A DNA stretch of 64,000 nt from Lama guanicoe (lineage: Eukaryota): positions 122,120 to 186,119 of the forward strand of contig MU054194.1 in assembly GCA_013239625.1 (NCBI GenBank), given 5' to 3'. The notes below the pieces were generated by a model. That model had not been told where the DNA came from and searched no databases. It saw only the letters and a list, made by a program, of their open reading frames with translations. Position numbers and translations under genes: made by a program. This document shows positions 10,992-24,134 of the stretch, in pieces (the first letter of the stretch is position 1; every line of letters begins with the position of its first letter).

Positions 10992-11366
10992 AATGTCGGA
11001 TTACTGATCTGAGTTCTGCTGGGTTAACTTGTAAATCTGAGTTAATTATTGTTGTTTTGCTGATTCCCTGTTCATGTTTTTTTGCTAGCCTGCTGGATTT
11101 TCAAAGAGAAATATCTGGCCTTGAAATGTTGGTTTGCTGCCTCCCTGCCTCTACTTTTGTGATAATGATGTTGCTAAAGCTGTTCCATGCCTATTGGCCA
11201 AATACCCCAAGCTTTTAATTAACCCTATAAAACCCCATGCACACGTCTTGGAGGTGCTCAGAGGTTCGGAGAAGAAGCCCCTCTGAGCCCGCCGGGGTAA
11301 TAAATCTGAGTACTCCAACCCTCCGAGTGGTGCTTGTTTCTTGGCTGACCTGTCATTTCCGTAACA
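10992..11366 (+). mobile_element. ERV 3' LTR of the host provirus (U3 start and PPT missing)
   Basis: Reverse complement of the other LTRs. TATAAAA at 11226, AATAAA at 11299, ends CCGTAACA. Confidence 0.92.
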
Positions 11367-13609
11367 CTGGGGTGGCAGGGGGCCCGGTAGCACCCCGCCC
11401 GGCCTGGTGCCTGGGGCTCCCTAACACCTCCTACAGCTCCTGGCTTGGCTCCGGTCCTGGCCACTCCACACACCCTCCCAGTATCTTTTCATTAAGTCCC
11501 TTTTTTGCTTTTATCAGCGAGAAGTGGCTTCTGTTGCTTGTTCAGAGAAACAGTGCATCGGGAAACCAAACTATTTCTGACATCAGAAATACCAACCTCG
11601 GTCAGCTCGCCGGGCAGACCATGCAGCACAAAGGCCTGCACAGGGCTGTGAGAACGGCTTACGTGAAGGGTCCTCATCATCTGTCTTCAGAGATACAGAA
11701 GCTGGTGGTTCAGGTAAAACCTCAGGGAGGGATTGAGGAATCCAAAGCTAGTTGGTTTCAAAGGCTATCTGGTCAGACCAGACCCCTGAGCTGTGGTCAG
11801 CAGCCTGGCTCAATGTCATGCAGACTCAGCCCCCTAAGTGCCGGGTGGGGCCAGTGGTGTTCCCTTTGCAGGCTCTCGTTGGGGATTCACTGTAGCCCCT
11901 TAAATACAGCAGAGATTCCAGCCCCCTTAGCCCCAACCCTGAGTGTTCCATGACACAAATCTTGGGAGTGTTTAATTTTCATCTTTGTTTAGGAGATGAA
12001 TGTGGGGCAAGAGGAGACATAGATTCATATTGACTGACACAAGATCACAGCCAGCACCTCCTCCTAGGAGAGCAATGTGTTCCCACAGTGGCGGCTGGGG
12101 GGCTGGGCAGAGACCCTCCGCTGGTCCCAGACGGACTCGCTCCTCTGGCCACAACTGATGGGTTGGATAACAGATTCAGAGGGAGACAGAGCATCTTCCC
12201 TGGGAATTTGGTACTGACACACAGAAATCCAGTTCACTCATTTGGGGATTGGTGAGGGGGAGGGGCGGTGGTTGGAAATCAAATGAAATCAGAGCATTAG
12301 AGAAAGTTAGAAGTGAAAGAGAGAGAGACGGAGAGACTGAGCTTGTGAGAGCAAATAGTCAGAAAGTAGGAAAACAGTCAGGGGACAGAGGAATTCTAGC
12401 TTCAGACTGTCTAGTCTGTCCCAGCCCATCAACGACCCCGTGGGATGGTTAATATCATTCCAGTTTTGCAGATTAGGAAACAGGCTGAAAGAGGTGGGGG
12501 CTGGTTTTGGGTCCACAGTTAATTTAAGTGCCACTGGACCCCTCACTTCCCACCGCCTGAAGGCACCATAATCCTCACTGGGACCCCTGCGGTCCCCTGA
12601 CAGCCCAGCACCCTGATCAAAAGACCCCTGCGGGAGTGGGAACCCCTATGAGTGTGGAGAGTTCCCTGCACTGACATGCCATGCATCAGCAGGCTCCCGC
12701 TCACTCCAGGTTAACATCTCCCCAGCTGTGTAGTCTCCCGACCCGCTTCCCTCCCTGCCAGGATCCCCTGTCCTTACCACCGAGTGTACTGCAGGAATTC
12801 AGGCACAGGGATGCCCAAAGCAACACGAGCCCACCGGCTGTACAAACAGCAGACTCCCAGCCCCACCTGGGTTCCGAGGGGACTGTAGGCGTCCTCAAAT
12901 TTCATGTGTCTAAGACAAACTTCTTCTTCAGCTGGAGGTTATAGAGAAAAGTAAAAGGTCCAAAACATAGTTCGGTGAGGAATTCCTCCAAGGACCTGAC
13001 TCCAGAGTCTACAGCCTGGTGTACCTACCCCCCAGACTTGGGGTGAAGGTGGATTATTGATCAGCACAACCCCCGGTTGCCCAGCTCCTCGACTTTGCTG
13101 CCCAGAGGGGGCTGGGGGAATGGGTAAGGACAGGGCACTCAGGAAGAGCACAGAGTACCTGATCTCTCCCCTCCGCACTTGTAAACCCTTTTCCAAATCT
13201 CAAGGCATCGGACAGAGAATAGCCACCACAATAAGGAGATGCTCCCATCTCTTCACTCACTCCTGTCGGTTCACTTACGTGCTGAGCATCCACTGGGTCC
13301 CAGGACATGACACACAGCATGGCCGATGGGACAGGCTTGGTCCTAACCCCTGGACACTGTTCAATCTGATGGAAGAATGATCACTCATAAAGAGTTTCTC
13401 AAAATTATACAGAGACCAAAAACAAACTGCAGAATGAACCAAATTTAAAAATATATATGAAGATCCCCTAGTCTCCCCGCCTAAGCTTAACAGCGTAAAG
13501 CAAAAAGATTTTACCTTTGATCGCCAAGGAAGTTGTCACCCCCTCTCAGGTGGAAAGGAGAGTTATTCTTTGAAAAGTACATAGAAGTGCTCCATCGGAT
13601 TGGACCAGG

Positions 13610-16080
13610 GCATCTATATTCATTCAGCACATGTGTATAAGCTCCTACTACATACGGGAATCTCCTAACTATACCCGTTCCCAAGGTTCTCGGGCTTTAT
13701 CAGTCCACAAAGTAGACATGACTCCCCATCACTAGGGGCTCAGAGTTTTAGCAGAGGAAACAGGCAGCATGTTAGGGGTAGCAAGAGCTTGGAAAAATTA
13801 AAAAAAAAAAGTCATATGAGCAAACTCGGTTGATGGCAGTGGGGTGGAAGGCAGGCAGGAGGGAATAAGGCAATCCTGGCAGATCTCAAGGAGTAATGAA
13901 CTTGAAGCAGAATAAATCCAGAGGAAGAAGGAAGAGCCGGAGCCAGAGGCCCCCAGAGTGAGGGGGAAAGTGTGGGCAGAGAGGCAGAGCACGCCGGGTC
14001 CTGAGGCCTTTGTGACGACTTTGGCTCCTAATGAAATGGTGACCCGTTTAGTGAGTTTTGAGGGGAGGGGTGATGTAGTCCAACTTATGCTTTTGTGTTT
14101 GTGTGTTTTGGGGGGGAGGTAATTTATTTATTTTAATGAAGATGCTGGGGATTGAACCCAGGATCTCACGCATGCTAAGCATGCGCCCTACCACTGAGCT
14201 ACACCCACCCCTTCAATGTATGCTTTTACAGGCTCCCTCTGACTCTGTGTGGATGAGAGATTGTAGGAAATCAAAGATGGAAACAGGAGGCTATTGGTGT
14301 CCAGGAGGGCTGAAGGTGGCTCTTAGGAGGGCCGGGAGCAGGGAGCAGGTGTTTAATGAAGACAGAGTATCCAGAATTTTCTAACAAGCTGGATTTTCTG
14401 TCTGTGTGTGTAAGAGAAAGAGAGAGAAAGGACATGGTTCCAACATCTGGACCTGGACAATGGGAGGGATGTCCTCTCCATCCACAGGGTATGGGACGAG
14501 GTGGGGCTGAGCAGGTGGAAAGGGGCTGGAATCACCTCAGTTCTTCAATGTCATGGTTAAGGAGTGTATTAGATATTGCCACAGACATGCTTAATAGGGA
14601 GAGGAGTCTGTTTTCTTTTTCTTTTTAACATTTAATAAATATAATTTAAATGAAATAATTGTATTATGTGAATGATTTGGGAATTTTATTTCATGCCAAG
14701 GTATATGTTATATATAGCCAAATGGAAAATATATCAGAAAAGGGGAGAAATGAGGGCTTTCACATAAACTGACTGTCCTTAACGTAGGTAAAATTGCAAT
14801 AAAACCAGTCTTCAGTGCAAAAACCTCTTCTCGGTGTTACATAAAATTAAATGAAAAAGGACTATGTTGATGTATCATTATTTCATGTTATGTAATAGCC
14901 CCAAACAAACACACTGTTTAACTATGAGGCTTGTAGAAATACTATTCGCTTTATTCACATAAATACAGTACAGATAAATACAGAAATGCAGAAATGTTCT
15001 AAGGTAGAATAAGCATCTTAGTGGAAATAATAAAGATTTGAGCATTTTACATGATATATGTGTACTGATTCAAAATTTGGAAAAGTAATTCCATAGTAGA
15101 ACATATGTATGAATGTGAAAGCAAGATGAATGAAAGAAAAAGAATGTGAGTCTCAGGGATAAAGATCCAGATGGAAAGGGCAAATCAGGGAGTTTTGGAG
15201 AAATCGAGAAATTTATGGCATGCCAATTTGCAAGGCTGAGTTCCTTCCACAAAGAAATAGCAGAAAGAGAGAGGAGAGGCCCAGGAACCAACCCTGGGGC
15301 ACACCCACAGTATATGTTTGGAAAGAAGTGGAGATATTGGCAAAGGACCAGCCAGTAGACCAAAAGCAGAAAACAGACAGAGCAATGGGCTGGAGGTTGA
15401 GTGAAGCAGGAACAGGGGGGAGGAGAGATGGAAGAGCTGGGTCAAATGCTGCCGAGGGGCCACGCATGATGAGGACTGAAAATTGACCACTATATTTAGC
15501 AACGTGGGGTCACTGATGGCCTTGACAGGGAAGTTTCCATAGAGCAAGGGATCAGGGAAAAGCCAGAGTGGGTGTAAAACGGGATGGCTCAAGAGAAGAT
15601 GCAGACAGTGAGTTTAAACAACTCCTTAAAGATTTGCTGCAAAGACACAGGGTGGCAATTGATGGGGGTGAATTAGGGTCAAGGAGTGCTGTTTGTTACT
15701 TTTAAGAGGATGGACGTTTATATGCTGATAGGAGCCAACTAGCAGGAGAACAAAATAGATGAGGTAGTGAAAGAGAGGATGGTTTTGGGAGTGACAAACC
15801 AGAGAAGATGGGAGGGATGGGGCCCCGGGGACTTTTGGAGGATCTGGCTTTCGTTGCCACTTGTAATAACAGGTGGGGCACCGAGAGTGAGGTCACAGAC
15901 ATCAGAAGGCGAGCGGATGTGCTGGGAGTTGCTGGTGAAATTTCTCTTCTGTTGGCTTGTTTGCTTGTTCAAAGTAGAAAAGTAGCATTACCAGCTGAGG
16001 AAAGAGGAGGAAGAAAGAGTTACTGGAGCCGTGAGCAGAAGATAAGAAAGAGCCTTCAGGGAGAATGGGACAGTGAAAAG
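13610..16080 (-). mobile_element. Old LINE-2 fragments, interrupted by the SINE and an AT-rich insert
   Basis: Purine-rich L2-like motifs (CATTCATTCAGCACA, GGACTGAAAATTGACCACT, GAGTTTAAACAACTC). Boundaries approximate. Confidence 0.5.
14095..14210 (-). mobile_element. tRNA-Ala-derived SINE (Vic-1 type)
   Basis: Minus strand GGGTGTAGCTCAGTGGTAGGGCGCATGCTTAGCATGC...GGTTCAATCCCCAGC (A and B boxes) with an A-rich tail; TATGCTTTT on both flanks. Confidence 0.8.
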
Positions 16081-19000
16081 AGCAGGGGGAGATGGGGGAG
16101 TGCGCTCCCAGAAATTTACATTTTCTCTTTGACGTCCCCAAATGTGTGATGTGTGATTACCCTTCCTGCTGTCTACGAAATAAAAATTAAGTATGGTTCA
16201 GAGGAAATGCTATTTCATTCTAAGAGGCTGCCTGTTTCTCAGGAATGTTCATCTTAAACTGCAAACATTACAAAAAATGTTGAAAAGATGAAACTGTGTA
16301 CCTAAAATCCCCTATTTTCTATTAATCTGGTTACTATTTAGTTCCCCTATCAATAACACATAACAAATACTGCCATGATGGAGGTACACCGATGCTTAAA
16401 AGGAAATGAGATCTGTATCCTTTTGCTAAATTCCATGGCTTCCTTAATATGCAGTTCCACTTGGAATTTAGGAATGTCTGGTATAAGAAGTGAGAAACAG
16501 TTTGAGAAAATCCCGGCTCAGAATTACACAGCACAACCGCATCTCAGAAGTATACACAGCCGTAAAAAATTTTAGAAGCAAAACTCCATAACTACTCTTA
16601 AAGACCTTTGCAAACCTGAGCCTGCCAAGATGATTCCAAACTGGAAAGGAACTCCAATCACTTGCCTGGTACCGGGACCAGAGGCTGGCCAGCCTTTTCT
16701 GTAAAAGCCAGAGAGTAAATATTTTCAGTTTTGCAGATCATTTTGTTGTAACCATGCAGGTCTGCAATAAGAAAGCGAAGAGCACTGGGAGACAGGAAAC
16801 AAATGGGCATGCCCACACCCTCCCTTCCACTCAGGGCAGCTTCTCTGTGGTGGGGAGCTTTGCCACAATCACTTGCTTCTTTTTTTCCATTGGTTTCTTT
16901 GTTTCCACCTTACTGCTCAAGCTCAGAACTTCAGGTGTGCCTGGACCTTCAGCATCCATGCAGAGAGAAGGCTGAGCGGGGGTGGGAACCCCACCTGACG
17001 GAGAAGAGAGATTGCTGGGAGGGACACTGCGGTGGCCACCATGACACGAGACAATTACACCTTCCGGGGTGAACGGGAACGAAGACAAGGGAGGGACACA
17101 GCAGTGGGACCCCTAGGTCGCCTGCCAGGTTTGCTCTCCCTCCACGGCCACCCTAGGGGCCTGGGGGGTGTTGGGCTTCAGCTACGGTGATTAGGCTGAA
17201 GGGACTCAATATAAAGGACCCTCCACCTCCTCACTAGGTTCCAAATGCAACCCCTCTAAGTCCACCCTCTGAGTTTCTAGAACTCATCTGGAAGAATACA
17301 TGATCAGGCCAGACCCAGAGCCCAAGCCAAACACGACAGGGGTCACGTGGGGTTGTAATCCCGTACTCAGTGGTTTGGGTCTCCTTGCAAATCTGCAGAA
17401 ATCCCTGTTCCGCCTCATTCCTGGGAGAAACTCCAGATCTCCTCCTGCTCTGTCTGTTCTTCTCTTGAGGCTATTGTCCTGGAGGGATGCAGAGTCCTTG
17501 AACTTGGCCCTCCAAACTTACATAAGCAGCCTGTTCAATAAAACAAATTATGCACTTTTTCACATTTGCCAGTGTTTTGATTCCAGAAAGGCTGTGGGAC
17601 TCATTCTCACAGTCTCCTGTGCCCCCAACACTTGGTGGCCCTCTCCTCATGGAAACACGATTTCCCACAACTGCACCCTGCCTCCCAGCTGGTCAGAGGG
17701 GAGTGACCCACAAAGACACAGGTGTTTGTGAGGATCCTGTCCCCCAGCAGAAAGACTACTCCTGGAGCCACGGACAGGGATCTGGCCTCCTGAGCCGTTC
17801 AGCTCTAATTCAAAGCCTAACGTGGGGACCCCGAACATTGCTGAATGACTTTCTGGGTCACCTGGACTGGAGGGGCCTGATTTTTCTTCCCAGGAATGGA
17901 GGTAGCGCAGCCTCCATTTTCAGGGCTGACATTAATGATGGATCTATTTCCTCCCACTGCACCGCAGGAAGGAGAGGCCCTTCCATCCCACAGCTTGGAA
18001 ACCCAGCCCAGGGGAGTTCTGAAGCAGTGCATCGCTGCCTGGTCCAGCATCCCTGCAGAGTGGCCTCTGCCCCTGAATGAGCCCCTTCCCTGGGCCTTTC
18101 CTGGTCCGACACGACCACACCCCAGGCTGTGCCAGAGCTCTGGGGCTCTACGTGTCCAGGGCACACAGGTGGGACTGGAGCCAGGTGTCCCGTGGGTCTT
18201 TAGGGGGAGAGGTCTGCCTCTGCATCAGGGGAAGGTGACCCTACATGGCTGGCAGGACACTCTCAATATGGACCTCCAGGAGCTCTGGGAGCAGTTTCCC
18301 TGCAGGTGTTAGGAGCCATCATCAGAAGGGCAGGCCCCTCTTTGTGCAGACCAACCCGCAGTGCTGGGCCCATGTGCTGACCACAGAAATCTACATGCCC
18401 CCACCATACCCCAGGCAACCTCACAACTTCGTCACTTGGTGACCTGGGTACCACGGGCTCCTTGGCCATCCCATGAGGGTGGTCCTTGCATGCATGGTCT
18501 CCAGGTGCTCACGTTAAGGAATCCCCCTGGGTTTCTGTGGTCACAGTGCCCACACACAAGATTCTTGTCCTGCAGTGACCCCCATAGCAGTCAGCTCCCC
18601 TGTGCATGTCCAGGGACAAATGACAGCAATTTATTGCCAGGAACCGTGATGAACAAGGGTTTGGGATTCCATACTAAGTTCAGGATCATGGTAACTCACT
18701 CTGCACCCCAAAAAGCATCCATGAGAAATGTGTGTATTGGAATATCTGTGCCCCTAGAAGAGCTGTTCCTGAGGGCTCCTGGGACCTTCCAGCCCCTCTC
18801 AAGGTTCTCAGAGCCTGGGTCTAAATTTCTATCTCCCTCCTTTGGTGTACGGACACCTGTGTCTCGTGGTCACGGGTCACTTTATTGCGTGACTTGCCAT
18901 GTTCTTAGTGCTCTTCCTCCACCCCTGAACTAGACTCCCAAGATGTTCCCACTGACCCTTGGCTCCCTGTGTGGGTCAGGGGGCCCTAAGTCTGCACCCT

Positions 19001-20199
19001 TCATTCTCCTCTACCCCCCCCCCGGGGCCACCCATAGGTGGACTGGGAGGTGTTTGTAAATGAGTCTTACACAAGGACATGACTGGACAAAGCAGGACCC
19101 CACCCCCGGAAATCACACCTGCTCCCTTCTCTGAAGAGGACCCCACAGCCCCACACTGCCTCCCAAGGGTCTACTCAGGACACAGTCCCCCAGTTCTGGG
19201 CAAGGCGTCTCCCTGGAATCCTTGCTTCCAGGAATAGTCTCTCTGTCTTTCTTCAGAGTTTAGAGTTTTTCCCATGTCCCTGACCACCAAGGTGCCCAGC
19301 ACAGAACCTCCAGTGACCTGGAGAAACAAGGAAGATATGTGGCCACAAGTCTCACAGGACACACCTGCTGGGACCCCAGGCCAAAAGGCCATCCTTCTGC
19401 CTTCTAAGGTGTGGATCCCGTGGTAACTTTTTGCAGGGGGCCCAAATGGGGAGTGGGGCCCAAAGCAGTTCATGGGGCTCTCTGGGCAGGGAAGACTTGG
19501 GCCAGGCGGCCTTGCCTGGTTTCCCTGCTGGGCCACTTTGAAAACCCCCGCTCCTCTGGCTGTGGCTGGAGGCCCCCCAAACCTCAAGGGGGGGCCCTTT
19601 CTCTCAGCCTCCACTGCCCCCAGAGCCATGCTGGCGCTGGCGTGGGGAAAGAGCTTTCTTGCCCTCTTGTGGCCAAGTTGCCACAGGTGGATGCTGCGGG
19701 GAGCTGGAGAGAGAGGTAGCACTTGCTCAGATGTGAGTGGTTAGGCAATTTGACACCACGTCAACTAGCCTTAAACATTGGAAAGAGGACTTTCCAGGGA
19801 AAGCTGGAAGTTACTTTCAGTAATTTGTCTAAAGTTTTTTTTTTTTCTTAAAGTCTCATAAAACCTCTCCCAGGTCATTCCTGGTATGGACCATTATCCA
19901 GGGATCAATCAGGAAATGCAGGAGGAGAGGGGTGGGGGTGGGGGAGAGAGGAGGGGAGATCAGAGCCCACGAAGAGCCCACGGAGATGCCCCTCCCAGGA
20001 GCCACACACTGGGCAGTGGCTGCTGGCATCCAGCTCTCCTGTTCTCAGGTCCATTTCATCTGCGGGGTGTTTCCAAAAGAAACAATGGTGGAAGGGCCAT
20101 GGAGGACACCTTTACCTCCCAGAATAGACAGGGGGAGCGAGTCACCATGCTGGCCCTGGGCTTGGAGACAGACCTGCAGTGGAGACCACAGGTCTTCTG

Positions 20200-20745
20200 A
20201 GAAGCCAGGTTCGAAATAAAAGCAGTATGCGCTGGAATACCCAGTTCGAGCGAGTGCTTCATCATAGACATGTAATTTACATAGTTCTTCTCACCACGAA
20301 ATTCTGTGTTCCCAACAAGCTACATGAATGACGGCTTCAACACACATTCATTTCTGAGATGTGAACAAGTGTAGAGCCACTCTTTCACCCAGCATAATGG
20401 ACATGGTTACACCTAGGAACGCTTACCAAGATTTCTCAGCAAGAGCCAATTTTGAAATAAAGGCAGTTTGCGCAGGAAAAGCCTGTTGGAGTGAGGGCTT
20501 CCCCATACACATGTAAGTTATATAGTTCCTCTCACCATAAAACGCTGTTCCCAACATGCTACATGCATGAAGGCTTCGACGCACATTCAGTTCTAAGATG
20601 TTAGCGTGTGGAGAGCCGCTCTTTCATTCAGCATAAAAGGCATGGTTACACCCGGGAAGATTTACCCAGATTTCTCAGCTGGTTCCTTCACCCAGATTCA
20701 AAATAAAGGCAGTTTGTCCTGGGAAAGCCTGTTGCAGCGTGTTCA
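20200..20745. repeat. Diverged satellite, ~2.2 monomers of ~240-246 bp, related to 5911-6946 in opposite orientation
   Basis: AAATAAA(A/G)GCAGT recurs at 20214, 20455 and 20701. TGTGTTCCCAACAAGCTACATGAATGACGGCTT matches the reverse complement of the first satellite. Confidence 0.85.
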
Positions 20746-21699
20746 GAGCTGTTTCGGGCTCTGTCACAGCTGGAGGGTGCAAACTCCAACCTCCAGAAAG
20801 AGGGGCCAGGCCCCCACCCGCCAGGAGGTGTTGCCTTTGTTGGGGAACAGTGATCTTTGGGTTAGATATTTTGCTGCTCTCTGTAAAAACTGCTTTGACT
20901 ATAGTTTGCATCCTAGTCACCAGTTCCAGGGCAACAGAAAAAGCATACCCTAGATCCCTTTGCACTCAAATCTTCCCAAAAGAGCAAATATTTGCCCATG
21001 AAAATACCAGCTGCTCTTCTAAGGCCCCCTAAATACCCAGCAGTGTGGGCGGTGCACTCTTGATCAGGGACAGGAGGAGAGGAACCAGGGGTCCTCCGAC
21101 AGGCTTGGCCCAGTGTGGCAGCTGCGATGTGGGTGCGTGGTGGGGAGGGCCATGCAGGAAATGCTGTTTGAGGGGCCTCTGTGCATGCCTGCATTATGGT
21201 CTGAGGTTTCATACAAAGGCTCCAGGCATCCTAACAGGTTAGATACAGCCCCCACCCTCGGGCTGGAACCACCAGGAGCTCATTACCTGTAACAGGGACA
21301 GTGCCCTGTGTGGGGAGAAGTCATGGGACACTCTGGGGGCAGGGGCAGTGGTGCTGGGGAAGGCAGGGGATGCAGTGAAGGGTGGAGGGAGCAGGGTCCC
21401 TTGCTTGCGGGTAAGAGTTCTTGGGGAGACCACAGAGGAAGACACAAACCATCCCCACCCCATACCCCAAATTCCTATCCCCACCTACACAGGGGCCGCT
21501 CTGTGCCCTCTCACTGTGGCTCTCCTGTAAGACCGCACCCAACCCGGCATCTGGCAACCCTGCCCTACCTCCCCTCTTGGGACAGATCCCGTCTTCTTGG
21601 AAACTGCCCAGCAGCGCAAATTCAAGGCCTGCAGTGGGCCTGGCGGATCCGCACTTCAGGTGCCCTACCTAGCCAGCTGTGCGTGCCTGGGCTCAGTCC

Positions 21700-22157
21700 T
21701 CTATCTTGCCCACCGATAGCCTGGGTCCACGTCCGGGGCAAGCGGAGGCCGCGGAGCCCAGGCTGAGCCCCGCACACAGACAGGTGAGGGTGCCCACACC
21801 CCGCTGCCCCGCTGCCCCGCTGCCCCGCTGCCCCCGCTGCCCCGCCCACTGGTGGCAGCACCGCCCCAGCCTCCGGCCGGCGCCACCTGCAGGTGAGGAT
21901 GTCCGCGAGGCCCCGCCCGCGCCGGCCCCGCCCAGCTGTCCCATAAGCCTCTCCCCACCCCAGTCCTCGCCGCGCCCTGGCTCCCATTGGCTCCGCAAGT
22001 TCTGCCCTCGCACGTCTAGCCTCGGGAGGACGCAGACGCAAGCCCTAGGGGAGGGCCCCGCGGCGTTGCCATGGCTACAGGCGCCGCGCTCCGCGCTGGC
22101 CGGCGTGCGCTTCTGGGGCGGGCAGCGGGCTCCGGAAGTGTGCAGCTGCCCGGGACC
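21700..22157 (+). promoter_or_regulatory. CpG-island promoter of the POFUT2 copy
   Basis: Very CpG-rich. RFX X-box-like GTTGCCATGGCTAC (22065-22078), GC box near 22115, ETS site CCGGAAGTG (22132-22140). Confidence 0.75.
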
Positions 22158-22263
22158 ATGGCGGTGCTTGCTGCTGGGGATGGCGGCTTGCTCGACCGGG
22201 CGACTAGTTCTAGCCTGGTCAGTCGGCGGCCAACATCCTGTCTGGGGCGGGGTCCCACAGACG
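22158..22263 (+). pseudogene. POFUT2: POFUT2 exon 1 (coding part), disabled
   Basis: ACCATGG start; ...F*PGQSAANILSGAGSHRR versus POFUT2 FWPGQSAADILSGAASRRR. TAG at 22211-22213 plus frameshifting deletions in the signal peptide. Donor ACG|GTAAAC. Confidence 0.88.
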
Positions 22264-22382
22264 GTAAACGTACGGCCGCGCCGTAGGCGGGGCCAGTGGA
22301 CATGGACCGGGGTGGGATCCGGGTTGGTGTGGCGGCCGGGGAGGGCTTGGGTTGCCAGGGAGGGGGTTGGGGCGGGGGGAAC

Positions 22383-22738
22383 NNNNNNNNNNNNNNNNNN
22401 NNNNNNNNNNNNNNNNNNNNNNNNNNNNNNNNNNNNNNNNNNNNNNNNNNNNNNNNNNNNNNNNNNNNNNNNNNNNNNNNNNNNNNNNNNNNNNNNNNNN
22501 NNNNNNNNNNNNNNNNNNNNNNNNNNNNNNNNNNNNNNNNNNNNNNNNNNNNNNNNNNNNNNNNNNNNNNNNNNNNNNNNNNNNNNNNNNNNNNNNNNNN
22601 NNNNNNNNNNNNNNNNNNNNNNNNNNNNNNNNNNNNNNNNNNNNNNNNNNNNNNNNNNNNNNNNNNNNNNNNNNNNNNNNNNNNNNNNNNNNNNNNNNNN
22701 NNNNNNNNNNNNNNNNNNNNNNNNNNNNNNNNNNNNNN
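22383..22738. other. Assembly gap (N run)
   Basis: 356 N. The sequence after the gap repeats about 22249-22382. Confidence 1.
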
Positions 22739-23408
22739 GGGTCCCACAGACGGTAAACGTACGGCCGCGCCGTAGGCGGGGCCAGTGGACATGGACCGGG
22801 GTGGGATCCTGGTTGGTGTGGCGGCCGGGGAGGGGCTGTGTTGCCAGGGAGCGGGTTGGGGCGGGGGGAACAGGGCTGGGGCACAGCCTCAGGCTTTCCT
22901 CCCCCTCGGGCGCTGGGGCTGGGACCGAGAGTCCGGGTAGCCCTGCGTGGCCGCGGCCTCCCAGAACCCCCTGGGAAGGGCAGGTGGAGGACCCGTGTTT
23001 TATGAAGCGGGGCCTTACCTGGGTTTTGAAGAGCCCCAGAATCAGATGTTGGAATGGGGTGGTTTATCAGCCTTGTTTATCTGCAGGGAAATTTCAGTTC
23101 CATCCAGATGTTGGCTCCTTCGCTAAAACTCAGGAATAAGACAAGGGTCAGTGTCAATTAGCAGTTATCTAGGGCTTGACTCAAAATAGACTGTGTGGGG
23201 TGTAGGGATGGTAAATGGGCCCTCCCTCTCAAGGTTGGCAGTCTTCTGGGATAAGAGGCCCCAGTTGAGGATTACATCCTCATCTGCAGTAATGGAGGTT
23301 GTGGGAAACATTAACACAGAGAAGGGAGGGGTGTGGCTGCAGTAACTCATTAAAGAAGCCAGGACCCTTGCCTGGCTCTTGTGTAGGAGAGTCTTGCCTA
23401 GGGTAGAA

Positions 23409-23866
23409 CAGCAGTTATCAAAGTGTGTCCGAGGTCCTTGAGATGCAAGACTATTTTCGTAGAAACGCCGGTATGTCACCTGCCTTTTGCACACTCTTGC
23501 ACTCCTGAGTTACCTGTGGGGTTTTCCAGGGAGAACCTGGTCTGTGATATCACAGAACAGGGAATGTAGAGGCAGATATAATTCAGCTGTCTCCAGTCCA
23601 AAAGAGATTTGCAGAAATTAAAATTACTGCTATTCTTCTCATTAATGATTTTTGTTTAGAAAAATATACTTATTTTTTGCTTAAGAGTATTAATGGTAAC
23701 ATGTAGTAAGTTGTTATTTTTAAGTGAACACATAAGCATTTTTTAAAGTTCTTATTTAACTTCTAACACATTGATAGATTTAACCCACATAACCAGCAGC
23801 CTTTTGGAGTCCTCAGTAATTAAGAGTGTACCGGGGTCTGTAGACCAAGAAGCTTGAGAGCCCCTG
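23409..23866. mobile_element. hAT-Charlie-type non-autonomous DNA transposon remnant
   Basis: CAG...CTG ends with Charlie-like termini (CAGCAGTTATCAAAGTGT...TTGAGAGCCCCTG). No clear TSD. Confidence 0.5.
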
Positions 23867-24134
23867 GAGAACGGGTGCTCAGGTACTAGTCAGGTGCTTA
23901 GCATTGTCAGACAGATGCCAAGATGTCTTCCGCAACTGCTCCCGGACTCGAAGTAATTGGCCATGTGGAGATGGGTAGGCAGTGCCTCCAGTTTACAAAC
24001 CAGAAGCTGCTGAACGTGTCTTGAGTCTAGGCCATGGGCTGTGCAGGGATTCCCGTTGTATCTGTTCTATCTAAGCCGAGATTCCTGTGCAGAGGCCCGG
24101 CCCTGAAGACCCGCCCTCCTTTGCTCCCTGCCAG

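Noticed and set aside
11237..11953. 238-aa ORF starting in the LTR
   Set aside because: It runs from LTR into flanking DNA with no protein-like features.
22739..22870. Direct repeat of ~22249-22382 across the N gap
   Set aside because: Most likely an unmerged contig overlap with low-quality read-end differences, not a real duplication.
21679..23139. 486-aa ORF and other long ORFs across the gap
   Set aside because: Inflated by Ns and high GC; the real coding remnant is POFUT2 exon 1.
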